Positions 1 through 9,510 of a stretch of DNA of 64,000 nt are shown in pieces. The stretch covers positions 80,418 to 144,417 of the forward strand of contig SCUO01000100.1 of NCBI GenBank assembly GCA_004297395.1. The letters are read 5' to 3'. The position numbers were made by a program, and so were the translations under genes. The DNA comes from Chloroflexota bacterium. Its GTDB lineage: Bacteria > Chloroflexota > Limnocylindria > Limnocylindrales > CSP1-4. The notes beneath the pieces are model-generated. The model saw only the letters and a list, made by a program, of their open reading frames with translations. It was not told where the DNA came from and searched no databases. Within the stretch, counting starts at the first letter, position 1. Every line of letters begins with the position of its first letter.

Positions 1-1
1 T

Positions 2-337
2 GCCCAGACGATCAACGAGTCCGGGGCCGTCATCGCCGGCCCGCCGTTCGCGCGCTACTACGGCTTCGGGGAGCGGATCCAGGCCGAGGCCGGCTTCCCG
101 TTCAGCGGGACGCTGGTCCCGACGGATCGCGTGCGGGAGACGGTCCTGCCCGGTGGCCGGCTGGCCACCACGACCCATGTCGGCTCGTACGAGGAGCTGG
201 CGCAGGCGTGGGACCGAGCCGCGGCATGGATGCGCGAGCACGCCCTGACCTCCACCGGCGCACCCTGGGAGTGCTATCTGACCGGTCCGGACGAGCCCGG
301 CCCGTCGATCACCGAGATCTTCTGGCCCCTCGACTGA
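2..337 (+). CDS. GyrI-like small-molecule-binding domain protein (5'-partial)
   Basis: The frame is open from base 2 (AQTINESGAVIAGPPFARYY...) into the listed ORF. GPPFARY, LPGG..ATTTHVGSYEEL..AW and PWECYLTGP...TEIFWPL are typical GyrI-like segments. Confidence 0.75.
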   Translation, partial: AQTINESGAVIAGPPFARYYGFGERIQAEAGFPFSGTLVPTDRVRETVLPGGRLATTTHVGSYEELAQAWDRAAAWMREHALTSTGAPWECYLTGPDEPGPSITEIFWPLD

Positions 338-374
338 CCCGGGGCAGGCGGCCCGGTCCAGACGTGGGGGCCGG

Positions 375-1496
375 TCAGCTGGTGGCAGGCCCCGCCGCAA
401 CGACCGCCCGCGCCGCCTCGCCCCGGAGGTGGGCATAGCCTGGCTTGACCACCTCGTTGATGAGCGCCAGGCGCTCGTCGAACGGGGCGAAGGCCGACTT
501 CATGGCGTTGATCGTCAGCCACTCCATCTCGCCGAGGCCGATCCCGAAGGCCTCGTCGAGGGCCGCGAACTCGGATGACAGCGAGACGTTCGACATGAGT
601 CGGTTGTCGGTGTTGAGAGTCACCCGGAAGCGCAACCGACGGAGGAGATCGATCGGGTGCTCGGCCACGGAGGCCGCCGCCCCGGAGTGAACGTTCGATG
701 TCGGGCACATCTCGAGCGGGACGCGGCGATCGCGCACGAACGCGGCAAGGCGGCCGAGGCTCACCGTCCCGTCGGTCGCCACGACGATGTCGTCGACGAT
801 CCGGACGCCGTGGCCCAGGCGCTCGGCGCCGCAGAACTGGAGGGCCTCCCAGATCGAGGGCAGCCCGAACGACTCGCCGGCATGGATCGTGATGTGGAAG
901 TTCTCGTGGCGAATCCTGTCGAAGGCCTCGAGGTGGCGGGTCGGGCGGTAGCCGGCCTCGGGGCCGGCGATATCGAAGCCCACGACGCCGGCGTCGCGCC
1001 AGCGGATCGCGGCCTCGGCGACCTCGACCGACCGGGCGGCCTGGCGCATCGCGGTGACGAGCACCTTCATCGAGATCCGGTTGCCCGCCGCGGCGGCCCG
1101 GGCCTCGCCGAGACGGAAGCCCTGGAGGTTCGCCTCGATGACCTCGTCGAGGGTCAGGCCCTTCTCGGTCGACAGCTCCGGGGCATACCGGACCTCGGCA
1201 TAGACGACGCCGTCGGTCGCCAGGTCCTCGGCACATTCGGCCGCGACGCGGACGATCGCGTCGCGGTCCTGGAGGACCCCGACCGTGTGAACGAAGGTCT
1301 CGAGGTACAGCTCGAGGGACTTGCGGTCGGCGCCGCGCCGGAACCAGACGGCCAGCTCGTCGACGTCGGTCGTGGGCAGGCCGCGGTAGCCGAACTCGGA
1401 CGCCAGGTCGACGATCGTCGCGGGCCGCAGGCCGCCATCGAGGTGGTCGTGGAGGAGCGCCTTGGGCGCTCGCCGGATGGTGTCGGTTGTGAGCAC
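375..1496 (-). CDS. add: adenosine deaminase
   Basis: [34 protein letters not shown] and NTDNRLMS motifs. Start placed at GTG 1496 (GGAGG 6 nt upstream); ATG 1577 is an alternative. Confidence 0.92.
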   Translation of the reverse strand: MLTTDTIRRAPKALLHDHLDGGLRPATIVDLASEFGYRGLPTTDVDELAVWFRRGADRKSLELYLETFVHTVGVLQDRDAIVRVAAECAEDLATDGVVYAEVRYAPELSTEKGLTLDEVIEANLQGFRLGEARAAAAGNRISMKVLVTAMRQAARSVEVAEAAIRWRDAGVVGFDIAGPEAGYRPTRHLEAFDRIRHENFHITIHAGESFGLPSIWEALQFCGAERLGHGVRIVDDIVVATDGTVSLGRLAAFVRDRRVPLEMCPTSNVHSGAAASVAEHPIDLLRRLRFRVTLNTDNRLMSNVSLSSEFAALDEAFGIGLGEMEWLTINAMKSAFAPFDERLALINEVVKPGYAHLRGEAARAVVAAGPATS

Positions 1497-1567
1497 GGCG
1501 GGCCTCCCGGGCTGAGGTTCGGGGACCGTTTCGATGATCGTAGCGCGCCGTGCCCTCGGCGGGCGGG

Positions 1568-1587
1568 CATCGGTCATTCGACCGATG
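1568..1587. promoter_or_regulatory. 20-bp perfect palindrome CATCGGTC-attc-GACCGATG between the divergent add and LuxR-ATPase promoters; candidate operator
   Basis: Read directly. A related CATCGG-N8-CCGATG box lies at 5257-5276. It is centred about 44 nt upstream of ATG 1622. Confidence 0.55.
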
Positions 1588-1621
1588 ACGGGCCCTCGAC
1601 ACCCGACCGTACACTCCCCCC

Positions 1622-4546
1622 ATGACCGGAGTGGGCCCCCTCCTGTGCCCGATCCTGGTCGGCCGCGACGAGCTGCTCGAGCTGGCCGACCGGCGGATCG
1701 CCGAGGTCGGGGGCGGGCGGGGTCACGCCCTGTTCCTGTCGGGAGCCGCGGGCCTCGGGAAGACACGGTTGATCCGGACGGTGATCCGCAGGGCGCAGAC
1801 CCTCGGCTTCCGCGTCGACGGCGGCTCGGTCGCGCCGCAGGATCACCAGGTGCCGCTCGCCTCGATCCGGGACTTCGCGAACAGTCTCCGCGGCAACGCC
1901 GAGTGGGGCTCGATGGCCGAAGACCTCCTGGCGATCGACGGTGCGCACGACGGCGACGCGCTCGGGTCGAGACGGCTCGTCGTCCACGGCGTGGCGGACC
2001 GCATCCTCAGGGCGATCGACCGCCCGACGCTGCTGGTCTTCGAGGATCTCCACTGGACCGACGAGCTGAGCCTCGAAGTGCTCGGCGAGCTGGCTCGCCG
2101 AGTGGCGGAGCACCCGCTCCTGCTCGTCGGCGGCTATCGGCCCGACGAGTTCCCGCCGGAGGGAACGATCCATCGCGAGTGGCGAGCGCGGCTCGTCGGC
2201 CAGCGGCTCGTCGAGGAGGTGCGGTTGCGGCCCCTGACGCTCGACGAGACGGGGACCGCGACGACGCTCATCCTCACGCGGGACCTGCCCGCGCCCCGCG
2301 ACGTGGTCGAGGCAGTGTACGAACGGACGAACGGCATCCCGCTCCACATCGAGGAGCTCCTCGGGGCGCTCCGGGACGACGGGCAGCTGGACGGCGCGCG
2401 CATCCGATCGGCCCACGTCCCGGACACGATCGCCGCCGCCGTCCTCGCCCGGTTCGGCCGGCTCTCGGCCGACGCCCGGGCGGTCGCGCGCGCCGGGGCC
2501 GTCGTCGGCCGCTGCTTCAGCCCGGACGTGATCGCGGGCGTGGTCGGCCGGCCGTTGGAGGAGCTCGAGGCGGCCCTCGATGAGCTGGTCGACGCTGCGA
2601 TCCTCCGGCCCTTCGACTACGTCGACGAGGGCTATTACGACTTCCGGCACCAGCTCCTCCGGGACGCGATCTATGACGCACTGCCGCCGGCCCAGCGCCG
2701 GCGCCTCCACGCGCTGGCGGCCGATCTCGGGATGGGCCTCCAGGGAGCCAGCGTCATCCACGCATCGCGCCACTTCGAGCGAGCCGGACTCCGCCGCCAG
2801 GCCTTCGAGACGGCCGTGGCCGGTGCCCGCGCCGCGAGCTGCGTCTCGGCACGGCGCGAGGCCTTCGAGCTCTACGGCCGCGCCGTCCGGAACATGCCCG
2901 ACGACCTTTCTCCTGCCGGGCGCGGCGAGCTGTACGAGGGCTACAGCGATGCCGCCGCTGCCGTCGACGACAACCGCCTCTCGGAGGAGATGGCGCGGCA
3001 GGCCCGGGAGCAGTACCTCGCGGCCGGGCGACCCCACGCCGCGGCGGGGCTCCTCCTGAGCATGGGCGCCACGGCTCGGCGCGAGGCCCGGCCGATCCAG
3101 GAGCGGCGGGCGCTCGCAGAGCAGGCGCTCGCGGAGATCGCGGCCCTCCCGCCGACCCACGAGCGCGACGTGCTCCGGTCGATGGGGCTGGGGCTCAAGG
3201 CGGCGAGCCACATCGACGCGATGGAGCTCGAGGCGGCGAAGTCGGTCGGCCGCGAGGCGCTCGACGCCGCGTTCGCCTCCGGCGATCGCGATCTGGTCCT
3301 CGACGCCCACGCCTGGCTGGCGATGGTCACGGCCCTGCGAGACGACCCCGCCGCAGGCTTGGCCGAGCTCCTCGGCCGGGCCCGCGAGGCCCGGGCCAGC
3401 GGGTTCGAGTCGACCGGCGTGACGGCCTACCGGAATGCCGCGCTCGTCGCCACGCGGGTCTTCGACTACGACACCGCCGAGCGCGGGCTCGAGGAGGGAC
3501 TCCGCTACGCGGACGCCATCGAGCAGAGCCACTGCCGGCACATCATGCGGGCGGTCTCGGGCCTCACCGACTGGGCCCGCGGCCGGTGGGACGAGGCCCT
3601 GGCGTCGGCCCAGCAGGAGCTCGCAGACGGCGGCTGTCGTCGCGGGACGATCATGGCCCTCGACGCCGTCGGCTTCGTCGCCCTCGGCCGCGGCGACCTG
3701 GACGCGGCCGCCCTCGCGCTCGGACGGTCGCTCGACGCCGGGCGCGCGACGGGTGAGCCGGAACGGATCCTGCCGGCGCTCTGGGGCCTGGCGGAGGTCG
3801 AGCTGCTGGCGCGGCGCCCCACGGCAGCGATGGCGTGCTGCGACGAGGCGCTCGAGCTGGCGTCCGCGGTCGGTGAGCGGGCGCTCCTCGTGCCGTTCGT
3901 GGTGACGGGCGTGCGCGCCGCGCTCGCGGCGAGCCGCCCCGAGGACGCGACGCGGTGGCGTGTCCGCGCCGAGGCCGCCCTGGCCGGCTGGACGGCAGGC
4001 GCGACACCGGCCCTCCATCACGCGGCCGGGCTCCTCCGCCTCGCGACCGGTTCGACCGTCGCCGCCCGCGAGGCGCTCGAGGCGGCCGTGATCGGCTGGG
4101 AGGCCATCGGACGGACGTGGGAGGCGACGTGGGCCCGGCTCGACCTTGCCCAGGCCCTCCTCCGAGCGGCGCACGTCGCGGAGGCGAGCGCACACATCGC
4201 CACGGCACGCGATCGGGCGGAGTCGATGGCCAGCCAGCCACTCCTCGATCGGGCCGACGACCTGGCCCGCCAGGCTCACGGCCGGGCCGTGACCGATGCG
4301 CCATGGCGACCGCTCACGGGCCGCGAGTTCGAGGTCGCCAGGTGCATCGCCGCCGGCCTGACGAACGCCGAGATCGCGGCCCGGCTCGACATCGCCCCGA
4401 AGACCGCGAGCGCCCACGTCGAGCACATCCTCGCCAAGCTCGGCGTCGCCCGGCGGGCCGAGGTCGCGGCCTGGGCCACGTCCGTCGTCGGCCGGCCGGA
4501 GATCGGGGCGGGCCTCGACACGGCCGTCCTCGCAGGCCCGCGCTAG
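1622..4546 (+). CDS. AAA-ATPase (STAND/MalT/LAL-like) LuxR-family transcriptional regulator
   Basis: LVGRDELL start, Walker A GAAGLGKT, Walker [23 protein letters not shown], a TPR-like Ala-rich middle and a C-terminal LuxR HTH (LTGREFEVA...[27 protein letters not shown]). TACACT lies 6 nt before the ATG. Confidence 0.9.
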   Translation: MTGVGPLLCPILVGRDELLELADRRIAEVGGGRGHALFLSGAAGLGKTRLIRTVIRRAQTLGFRVDGGSVAPQDHQVPLASIRDFANSLRGNAEWGSMAEDLLAIDGAHDGDALGSRRLVVHGVADRILRAIDRPTLLVFEDLHWTDELSLEVLGELARRVAEHPLLLVGGYRPDEFPPEGTIHREWRARLVGQRLVEEVRLRPLTLDETGTATTLILTRDLPAPRDVVEAVYERTNGIPLHIEELLGALRDDGQLDGARIRSAHVPDTIAAAVLARFGRLSADARAVARAGAVVGRCFSPDVIAGVVGRPLEELEAALDELVDAAILRPFDYVDEGYYDFRHQLLRDAIYDALPPAQRRRLHALAADLGMGLQGASVIHASRHFERAGLRRQAFETAVAGARAASCVSARREAFELYGRAVRNMPDDLSPAGRGELYEGYSDAAAAVDDNRLSEEMARQAREQYLAAGRPHAAAGLLLSMGATARREARPIQERRALAEQALAEIAALPPTHERDVLRSMGLGLKAASHIDAMELEAAKSVGREALDAAFASGDRDLVLDAHAWLAMVTALRDDPAAGLAELLGRAREARASGFESTGVTAYRNAALVATRVFDYDTAERGLEEGLRYADAIEQSHCRHIMRAVSGLTDWARGRWDEALASAQQELADGGCRRGTIMALDAVGFVALGRGDLDAAALALGRSLDAGRATGEPERILPALWGLAEVELLARRPTAAMACCDEALELASAVGERALLVPFVVTGVRAALAASRPEDATRWRVRAEAALAGWTAGATPALHHAAGLLRLATGSTVAAREALEAAVIGWEAIGRTWEATWARLDLAQALLRAAHVAEASAHIATARDRAESMASQPLLDRADDLARQAHGRAVTDAPWRPLTGREFEVARCIAAGLTNAEIAARLDIAPKTASAHVEHILAKLGVARRAEVAAWATSVVGRPEIGAGLDTAVLAGPR

Positions 4547-4569
4547 CTGCCCGCTCCGCGCACGAACCA

Positions 4570-4598
4570 GCCGGCCGGCCCCCAAGGCGCCGGCCGGC
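4570..4598. terminator. GC-rich hairpin between convergent genes
   Basis: GCCGGCCGGC-9 nt-GCCGGCCGGC 10-bp stem between stops at 4546 and 4613; no U tract. Confidence 0.4.
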
Positions 4599-4612
4599 AT
4601 GGAGCTGCTCGC

Positions 4613-4936
4613 CTAGAAGTGGAGCCCCGGCGACTGCGACTGGAGGTTGCAGAACGAGGCGCCCGGGGCAAACCCGTTGGGCATGTGGAAGGCGGGACCG
4701 GGACCCCCGGGGAGGGCCGCGCCCTCGCCGGCGATGTACGGACCGACGCCACCGGTCGGAGGCCAGGTACCGAGGTTCAGCGAACCGCCGACGACGTACA
4801 GGCCGAGCACGTGCTCGCCGTGGACCTCCGAGCCGATGCTCGACGAGCAGGTCGACTCGTGGGCCGCGACCGGCCCGGCGAACGCGATGAGCAGGGACGC
4901 GGACGCGGCCGCGATCAGCAGGAGCCGGCGCATCAT
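4613..4936 (-). CDS. small secreted hypothetical protein (107 aa)
   Basis: MMRRLLLIAAASASLLIAFAGPVAA signal peptide. The ATG overlaps the upstream DUF4242 stop (TGATG) and follows GGAGG. Confidence 0.65.
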   Translation of the reverse strand: MMRRLLLIAAASASLLIAFAGPVAAHESTCSSSIGSEVHGEHVLGLYVVGGSLNLGTWPPTGGVGPYIAGEGAALPGGPGPAFHMPNGFAPGASFCNLQSQSPGLHF

Positions 4937-5184
4937 CACACCTCCACCGTGACTTCGTAGACCTCGGGCGTCGGGTGGCCGGCGCGCTCGTGGATGCGCA
5001 TCACCGCCTCCCGGGACGGCCCGGTGGCGAGACAGAACACCTTGCCCGCCTCGGGATCGAGCCAGGCCTGCTCGTAGACGACGCCCTCGTCGCCCTGGAT
5101 CGCCAGGTCGCGGTCGTGCGCGTCGCGGAGCTGTTCGGCAGTCACGCCGAAGAACCCGTTGTGGACGTCCATGAACTTCGCCAT
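4936..5184 (-). CDS. DUF4242 domain protein (SCO4226-like, putative nickel-binding)
   Basis: MAKFMDVH...AH.RDL..Q...GV.Y..AW.D...GKVFCL..GPS.EAV..IH..AGH.....YEV pattern; RBS GGAGG. Confidence 0.85.
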   Translation of the reverse strand: MAKFMDVHNGFFGVTAEQLRDAHDRDLAIQGDEGVVYEQAWLDPEAGKVFCLATGPSREAVMRIHERAGHPTPEVYEVTVEV

Positions 5185-5256
5185 TGCAACCTCCGCTTGT
5201 CGTTCGGTGAGCTCCCGAACCGCTGGCCACACCGTCGCGCCGGGGATGGCCGGCGT

Positions 5257-5276
5257 CATCGGTCGTCCTGCCGATG
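5257..5276. promoter_or_regulatory. 20-bp palindromic box CATCGG-tcgtcctg-CCGATG upstream of the DUF4242/secreted-protein pair
   Basis: Same 6-8-6 layout and same CATCGGTC left half as 1568-1587. Confidence 0.5.
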
Positions 5277-5294
5277 GGCGTGGGGATTTCCGAC

Positions 5295-5585
5295 CTATGT
5301 CGGCTCGGACGAGGGCGTGTAGAAGAAGGGATCGAGGACCATCACCCGGGTGATTCGCTCGACCGGCAGGCCGTTGCGCTCCGCAGCGCGCCGAATCGCC
5401 TCGGGACCCGGTGCGTCGTACACGCAGTAGGTGCTCCGCCGGTCGTCGCGGACGTACGAGTGGAGCCACGTGACGCCGTCGTCCTCGTTGACCCCGACCA
5501 CGCCGCGGCAGAGATCGACGCCGGCCTGGCCGAGCGGGAGCTCGAAACCCTCGGGGAAGATCCGCTCCACGACGTAGCGCGGCAT
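5295..5585 (-). CDS. DUF4242 domain protein
   Basis: MPRYVVER.FP.G..., VTWLHSYV..D...TYCVYDAP.PEAIR.AA.RNGLPV.RIT.V.VLDP.FY; RBS AAGGAGG. Confidence 0.85.
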   Translation of the reverse strand: MPRYVVERIFPEGFELPLGQAGVDLCRGVVGVNEDDGVTWLHSYVRDDRRSTYCVYDAPGPEAIRRAAERNGLPVERITRVMVLDPFFYTPSSEPT

Positions 5586-5664
5586 TCCCACCTCCTTCAT
5601 CGCCGGCCGGATCTCGGCCGTGGGAGGAGGGTCGGGGACGAGCGCGTTCCGGCGCGACGGTGGC

Positions 5665-5700
5665 GACTGCCTAATCTGGTCCCCCGGACTGCCCAATCTG
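5665..5700 (-). promoter_or_regulatory. two 14-nt direct repeats CAGATT(G/A)GGCAGTC, 22 bp apart
   Basis: 5665-5678 and 5687-5700 match at 13 of 14 positions, overlap the last codons of the second regulator and lie upstream of the second DUF4242 gene. Confidence 0.4.
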
Positions 5701-8292
5701 GAGCTCGATGCCCAGCGCGGCCGCAGCACTGGGCGCGTCGCCCCGGCGGGCGACCCGGAGCTTGCCGAGGATCGCCGAGACGTGGTGGTCGACGGTACGG
5801 CTGGAGAGGAAGAGCCGCGCCGCAATTGCCTGGTTGGACAGCCCTGCCGCGATGAGCCCGAGCACCTCGAGCTCGCGGGCGGTCAGGCCGGCCGGGTTGG
5901 CGCGGGTCGCAGGTCGGCGGCCCCGTGGAATCGAGGAGGATCCAAGCTCCCGCAACCGGCGCGCGGCGAGGGCGAGCGCCGGCCGAGCGCCCAGGCGGTC
6001 GAACGTCGTATGCGCCTCGCGGACGGCCTCGACGTCGCCATCGAGGAGGGCGCGGGCGGCCTCGTAGGGACAGTCGAGGGCTGCCCAGGCATCGGCGGCC
6101 TCCCGCCAGCGGCCGGCGAGCTGGAGCCGCCACGGCTCGGCGGCGCCCGCCGTGTCGGGCGGCGGAAAGCCGGCCTGTACCTGCCACCAGCCGAGCTCGC
6201 CGATGTGCCACGGGTGGGACTTCGCTGCCGCGAGCTCGAACGCCGCGGCGGCCTCGGCGCCCGATCGGTCGCGGTCGCCGGCGAGCCAGAACGCCTCGGC
6301 GCGAGCAGCTCGGACGGGCCCGATCCGCTGGAGGGTTGCCGTTGGCTCGGCCACCGCAAGGGCCTCGTCGAGCGCCGTCCAGACGTCCGGGTCGCCCCGC
6401 CGGGCGCGGAGCCGGCCGGCAGCGAGGAGGGCCATCATCCGGCCGATCGTGACGTCCCGGTGGGCGGCGAGGATCGAGCCGGCGAGCGGGCCGGCCTCCG
6501 ACCATCGGCCGCGATGCACCAGGGAGATGGCCCGCCATGCTTCCAGGTAGAGACGGCTGGCGTCGAGGTCGCGCTCGGTGGCATAGCGATGACCGGCCTC
6601 GTAATAGGGATCTGCGTCGGCGAAGCGGTACATCTCGCCCAGGGCCGAGGCCAGGACGCTGTACGCCGATGCCACGTAGCGATCGAGGCCGTGCTCGCGG
6701 GCGAGCCGGAGGCTTGTCTCGAGGTCCGCCCGGCCGCCGTTGTTGTCGCCGAGCAGGATCCGGGAGCTGCCAACCGAGTTCCAGGCGTGGACCACAGACG
6801 GAAGCGCGCGCGGTTCTCCCTGGCCCATCTCGATTGCCCGGCGCCCGATCACGATCGCCTCGGCATTGTCGCGATCGAGCATCCGCAGGTAGGCCTGGGC
6901 CGCGAGCGCTTCGACCTTCTCGGGGCCGTCGGGCAGTCTCTCCGCGACCTCGAGGGCGCGCTTCGAGGCCGCCTCGGCCTCGGCGTTGCGGCCCGCCGAG
7001 ACGAGAGCCCTGGCCATTTCCGTGAGCACGGCCGTCTCCCGCCGGGCATCCCCGAGGTCGCGCCAGATGGTCGCCGCCTCCACCAGTGCGGGGTTGGCGA
7101 TGTCGTACCGCGCGATCACGCCGTGCTCCCGGGCGAAGCCCTCGAGGAGCGCCGCCCGCTCGGCCGGTCCGAGGCCCGCGGCAAACCGGACGGCGCGGGC
7201 GTACTGGGCAGCCGCCTCGCGATGGGCCCCGCCAGCCGCGGCATGGCGAGCGGCCTCGGGCGCGTACCGGAGGATCGCCTCGCGGTCGTCGGCGCCGTCG
7301 GCGTGGTGCGCCAGCCGGGCCAGCGCCCGCTCGTCATCGGGCAGGGCTTCGAGCGCGGCCAGGACTCGCGCGTGGAGGCCGATCCGCACGCCGGGATCGG
7401 TGGCCTGGAGGATGGCCTCGCGGGCCAGCTCGTGGCGAAAGCGGTAGGCGGACCCGTCGGCCTGGAGGAGGCCGCGCGCGAGGCACTCCTCGGCGGCCGG
7501 CGCCTCGATGACGCGGGCGAGCAGCGTGGGGTCGACGGACGGGCCGATCACGGCGGCCGCCTCGAGGGTCCGGCGGGCGGGCTCGGACAGGCGGGCCGCG
7601 CGGGCGAGGACGGCGTCCCGGACCGTGGCGGGTACGCGCGCGGGGGCGCCGGCGATGACCTCGGTCACGAAGAACGGGTTGCCGCCGGTCGAGCCGTGGA
7701 GCTCGTGGGCATCCAGGCCGCTCCCGCGGGCGAGCTCCTCCACCGACGCCTCGGAGAGCGGTGCCAGCGAGATGCGGCGGACTGCCGGCGACGTGGCGAG
7801 GTCGCCCACCACGACCCGCAGCGGGTGTTGGCGCCCGACCTCGTCATCGCGATAGGTGCCGATCACGAAGGCCGGGGTCGCCTCGATCCGGCGGCCAATG
7901 AAGCGGAGCGCATCGAGCGTCGCCTCATCGGCCCAGTGGAGGTCGTCGAGCAGGATGACCAGTGGCGGGTCGCCTCGCTGGAGGGCCCGCAGGAGGGTGG
8001 CGAGCACCTCGGCCCGCGGGGCCTGCTGCCGGACGAGCCGGGCGAACGCCGGATCCAGGCCGTCGGCGATGTCGACGAACGGGCCGAGCGGCCTCGGCGT
8101 CGAGAGCGGATCGCACGAGCCGAGGACCGCGCGCACCCCGTCGGGGAGCGACTCGCGAAAGAGCGACAGGAGCGAGGTCTTGCCGATGCCTGCCTCGCCT
8201 TCGACGAAGACGAGGCGGCCGCCCCGGGCCACGGCCTCGGCGCGAAGCCCGTGGAGCGTCGCGAGCGGGACCTCACGCTCCAGGAGACGCAT
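5671..8292 (-). CDS. AAA-ATPase (STAND/MalT/LAL-like) LuxR-family transcriptional regulator
   Basis: MRLLERE start, Walker A GEAGIGKT, Walker B ILLDDLHWAD, TGGNPFFV, FRHELAR and a C-terminal LuxR HTH (LTARELEVL..IAAGLSNQAIA..LFLSSRTVDHHVSAILGKL). TACGAT lies 7 nt before ATG 8292. Confidence 0.9.
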   Translation of the reverse strand: MRLLEREVPLATLHGLRAEAVARGGRLVFVEGEAGIGKTSLLSLFRESLPDGVRAVLGSCDPLSTPRPLGPFVDIADGLDPAFARLVRQQAPRAEVLATLLRALQRGDPPLVILLDDLHWADEATLDALRFIGRRIEATPAFVIGTYRDDEVGRQHPLRVVVGDLATSPAVRRISLAPLSEASVEELARGSGLDAHELHGSTGGNPFFVTEVIAGAPARVPATVRDAVLARAARLSEPARRTLEAAAVIGPSVDPTLLARVIEAPAAEECLARGLLQADGSAYRFRHELAREAILQATDPGVRIGLHARVLAALEALPDDERALARLAHHADGADDREAILRYAPEAARHAAAGGAHREAAAQYARAVRFAAGLGPAERAALLEGFAREHGVIARYDIANPALVEAATIWRDLGDARRETAVLTEMARALVSAGRNAEAEAASKRALEVAERLPDGPEKVEALAAQAYLRMLDRDNAEAIVIGRRAIEMGQGEPRALPSVVHAWNSVGSSRILLGDNNGGRADLETSLRLAREHGLDRYVASAYSVLASALGEMYRFADADPYYEAGHRYATERDLDASRLYLEAWRAISLVHRGRWSEAGPLAGSILAAHRDVTIGRMMALLAAGRLRARRGDPDVWTALDEALAVAEPTATLQRIGPVRAARAEAFWLAGDRDRSGAEAAAAFELAAAKSHPWHIGELGWWQVQAGFPPPDTAGAAEPWRLQLAGRWREAADAWAALDCPYEAARALLDGDVEAVREAHTTFDRLGARPALALAARRLRELGSSSIPRGRRPATRANPAGLTARELEVLGLIAAGLSNQAIAARLFLSSRTVDHHVSAILGKLRVARRGDAPSAAAALGIELQIGQSGGPD

Positions 8293-8364
8293 GGGTCGCA
8301 TCGTAGCCGCCACGAGAGCCGGATGGCCCGTGCGACCGCGGGTGCCCCGCGTAGGATTCGCCGC

Positions 8365-9264
8365 ATGCCCACCCTCTGGACCGGTTCGAGCCACGGCGTC
8401 GTGTGGCGCCTCGAGCTGCAGCGAGACGCGCTCCTGCCCGGACGGCTGGTCGCCGGGCGGATCGAGGTCTCCAGCCGGGGCGCGTTTGAAGCCCGTGTCC
8501 TCGTCGTCACGCTTCGGGCCACCGAGCACTGGCAGCACCGGGTGACGACGACCGATTCGGAGGGACGGACGTCGTCCCACGTCGTGACCGAGCGGCACGA
8601 TCTCCTCAGCGAGCCGGTCGAGGTCGACGCCGGCGTCCACCTGGCCGCCGGCGAGCAGCGGAGCTGGACGTTCGAGCTGCCGGTCCCGCCGCTCGGGCCG
8701 GCGACCCTCGAGGCCGACGTGGCCGGGGTCGACTGGATGGTCGAGGCGAAGCTCGAACGCCCCGGCGACTTCGATTCGTCAATCGAGGCGCCGGTGCGGG
8801 TCCTCCAGCCCGTGGCCCTCCTCCGTTCCGGGGCGGTCCCGGTCGGGCAGTTCGCCCTCTTCGATTCCGCCGATGTCGAGGCTGACGGCGCGACCGGCTC
8901 GCTGACCCTCGATCCGGTGCCGCTGTGCGTCGGCGCGCCGTTCACGGCGCAGCTGACCCTCCATCCCGGCGGGTCGCGCCGCCTCCAAGAGGTCCGGGGC
9001 GAGGTCAGGGTCAAGGTCGAGGCGACTGTTGCGAACGGCCTCGACGAGACGATCACGGCCTGGTCCGGCAGCCTGCCCATCGTCGAGCTCGCGGGCGACC
9101 GGGCGATCTCGCTGTCGGGAACGCTGAGCTCGCAGGCCCTGCCCACCATCGAGCTGCCCCACGGCCGCGCGAGCGCGACCTTCCACGTCATCCTGGCAAC
9201 GGCCTGGGCGGCGGACCCGCACCTCGTCCGGGACGTCGCGATCGCCACGACACTGGAGCTCTGA
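8365..9264 (+). CDS. SpoOM/arrestin-like two-domain beta-sandwich protein
   Basis: LLPG..VAGRIEV, VTLRATEHW and L.AGEQRSWTFELPVP...P.T......V.W.VEAKLERP resemble an arrestin-N/SpoOM domain, and a second similar half follows. TAGGAT lies 7 nt before the ATG. Confidence 0.6.
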   Translation: MPTLWTGSSHGVVWRLELQRDALLPGRLVAGRIEVSSRGAFEARVLVVTLRATEHWQHRVTTTDSEGRTSSHVVTERHDLLSEPVEVDAGVHLAAGEQRSWTFELPVPPLGPATLEADVAGVDWMVEAKLERPGDFDSSIEAPVRVLQPVALLRSGAVPVGQFALFDSADVEADGATGSLTLDPVPLCVGAPFTAQLTLHPGGSRRLQEVRGEVRVKVEATVANGLDETITAWSGSLPIVELAGDRAISLSGTLSSQALPTIELPHGRASATFHVILATAWAADPHLVRDVAIATTLEL

Positions 9265-9352
9265 GCCGAGGATCGCAGGCGGCGCGCGCGGCGTTGATCC
9301 GCGTGGCACGCGGCGCGGGCCGCGTTGCCGCCCACGTCCGCATGATCCGCAG

Positions 9353-9422
9353 GAATGAGCGTGACCGAGTCCGACTTCGTGCAGGACGATGCGCGATCTG
9401 GCGGGGGCCACGCTCATTCGTG
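9353..9422. repeat. dispersed palindromic element, copy 1
   Basis: GAATGAGCGTG (9353-9363) and CACGCTCATTC (9409-9419) form a perfect 11-bp inverted repeat; a homologous copy lies at 15174-15244. Confidence 0.6.
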
Positions 9423-9510
9423 CGAGGTTGGGGTTCCTGAGCGGCGGGCTCGCAAGGCGGCGGCAGGCTGCTCGGTGATCCGGGCGCGGCGCGGCGAGGA
9501 GCCGTGGACG

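Noticed and set aside
1574-4600. 1008-aa minus-strand ORF and many similar long ORFs (e.g. 5620-8364 part of 5620-9264, 16354-18636, 28002-30137, 35468-37942)
   Set aside because: These are antisense or off-frame shadows of real genes. They are Arg/Pro/Gly/Ala-rich, lack motifs and are expected at this GC content.
5230-5662. 14-bp inverted repeat CACCGTCGCGCCGG flanking the second DUF4242 gene (possible invertible segment)
   Set aside because: It is short and very GC-rich, no recombinase is nearby, and both copies can be explained as promoter-region sequence; chance cannot be excluded.
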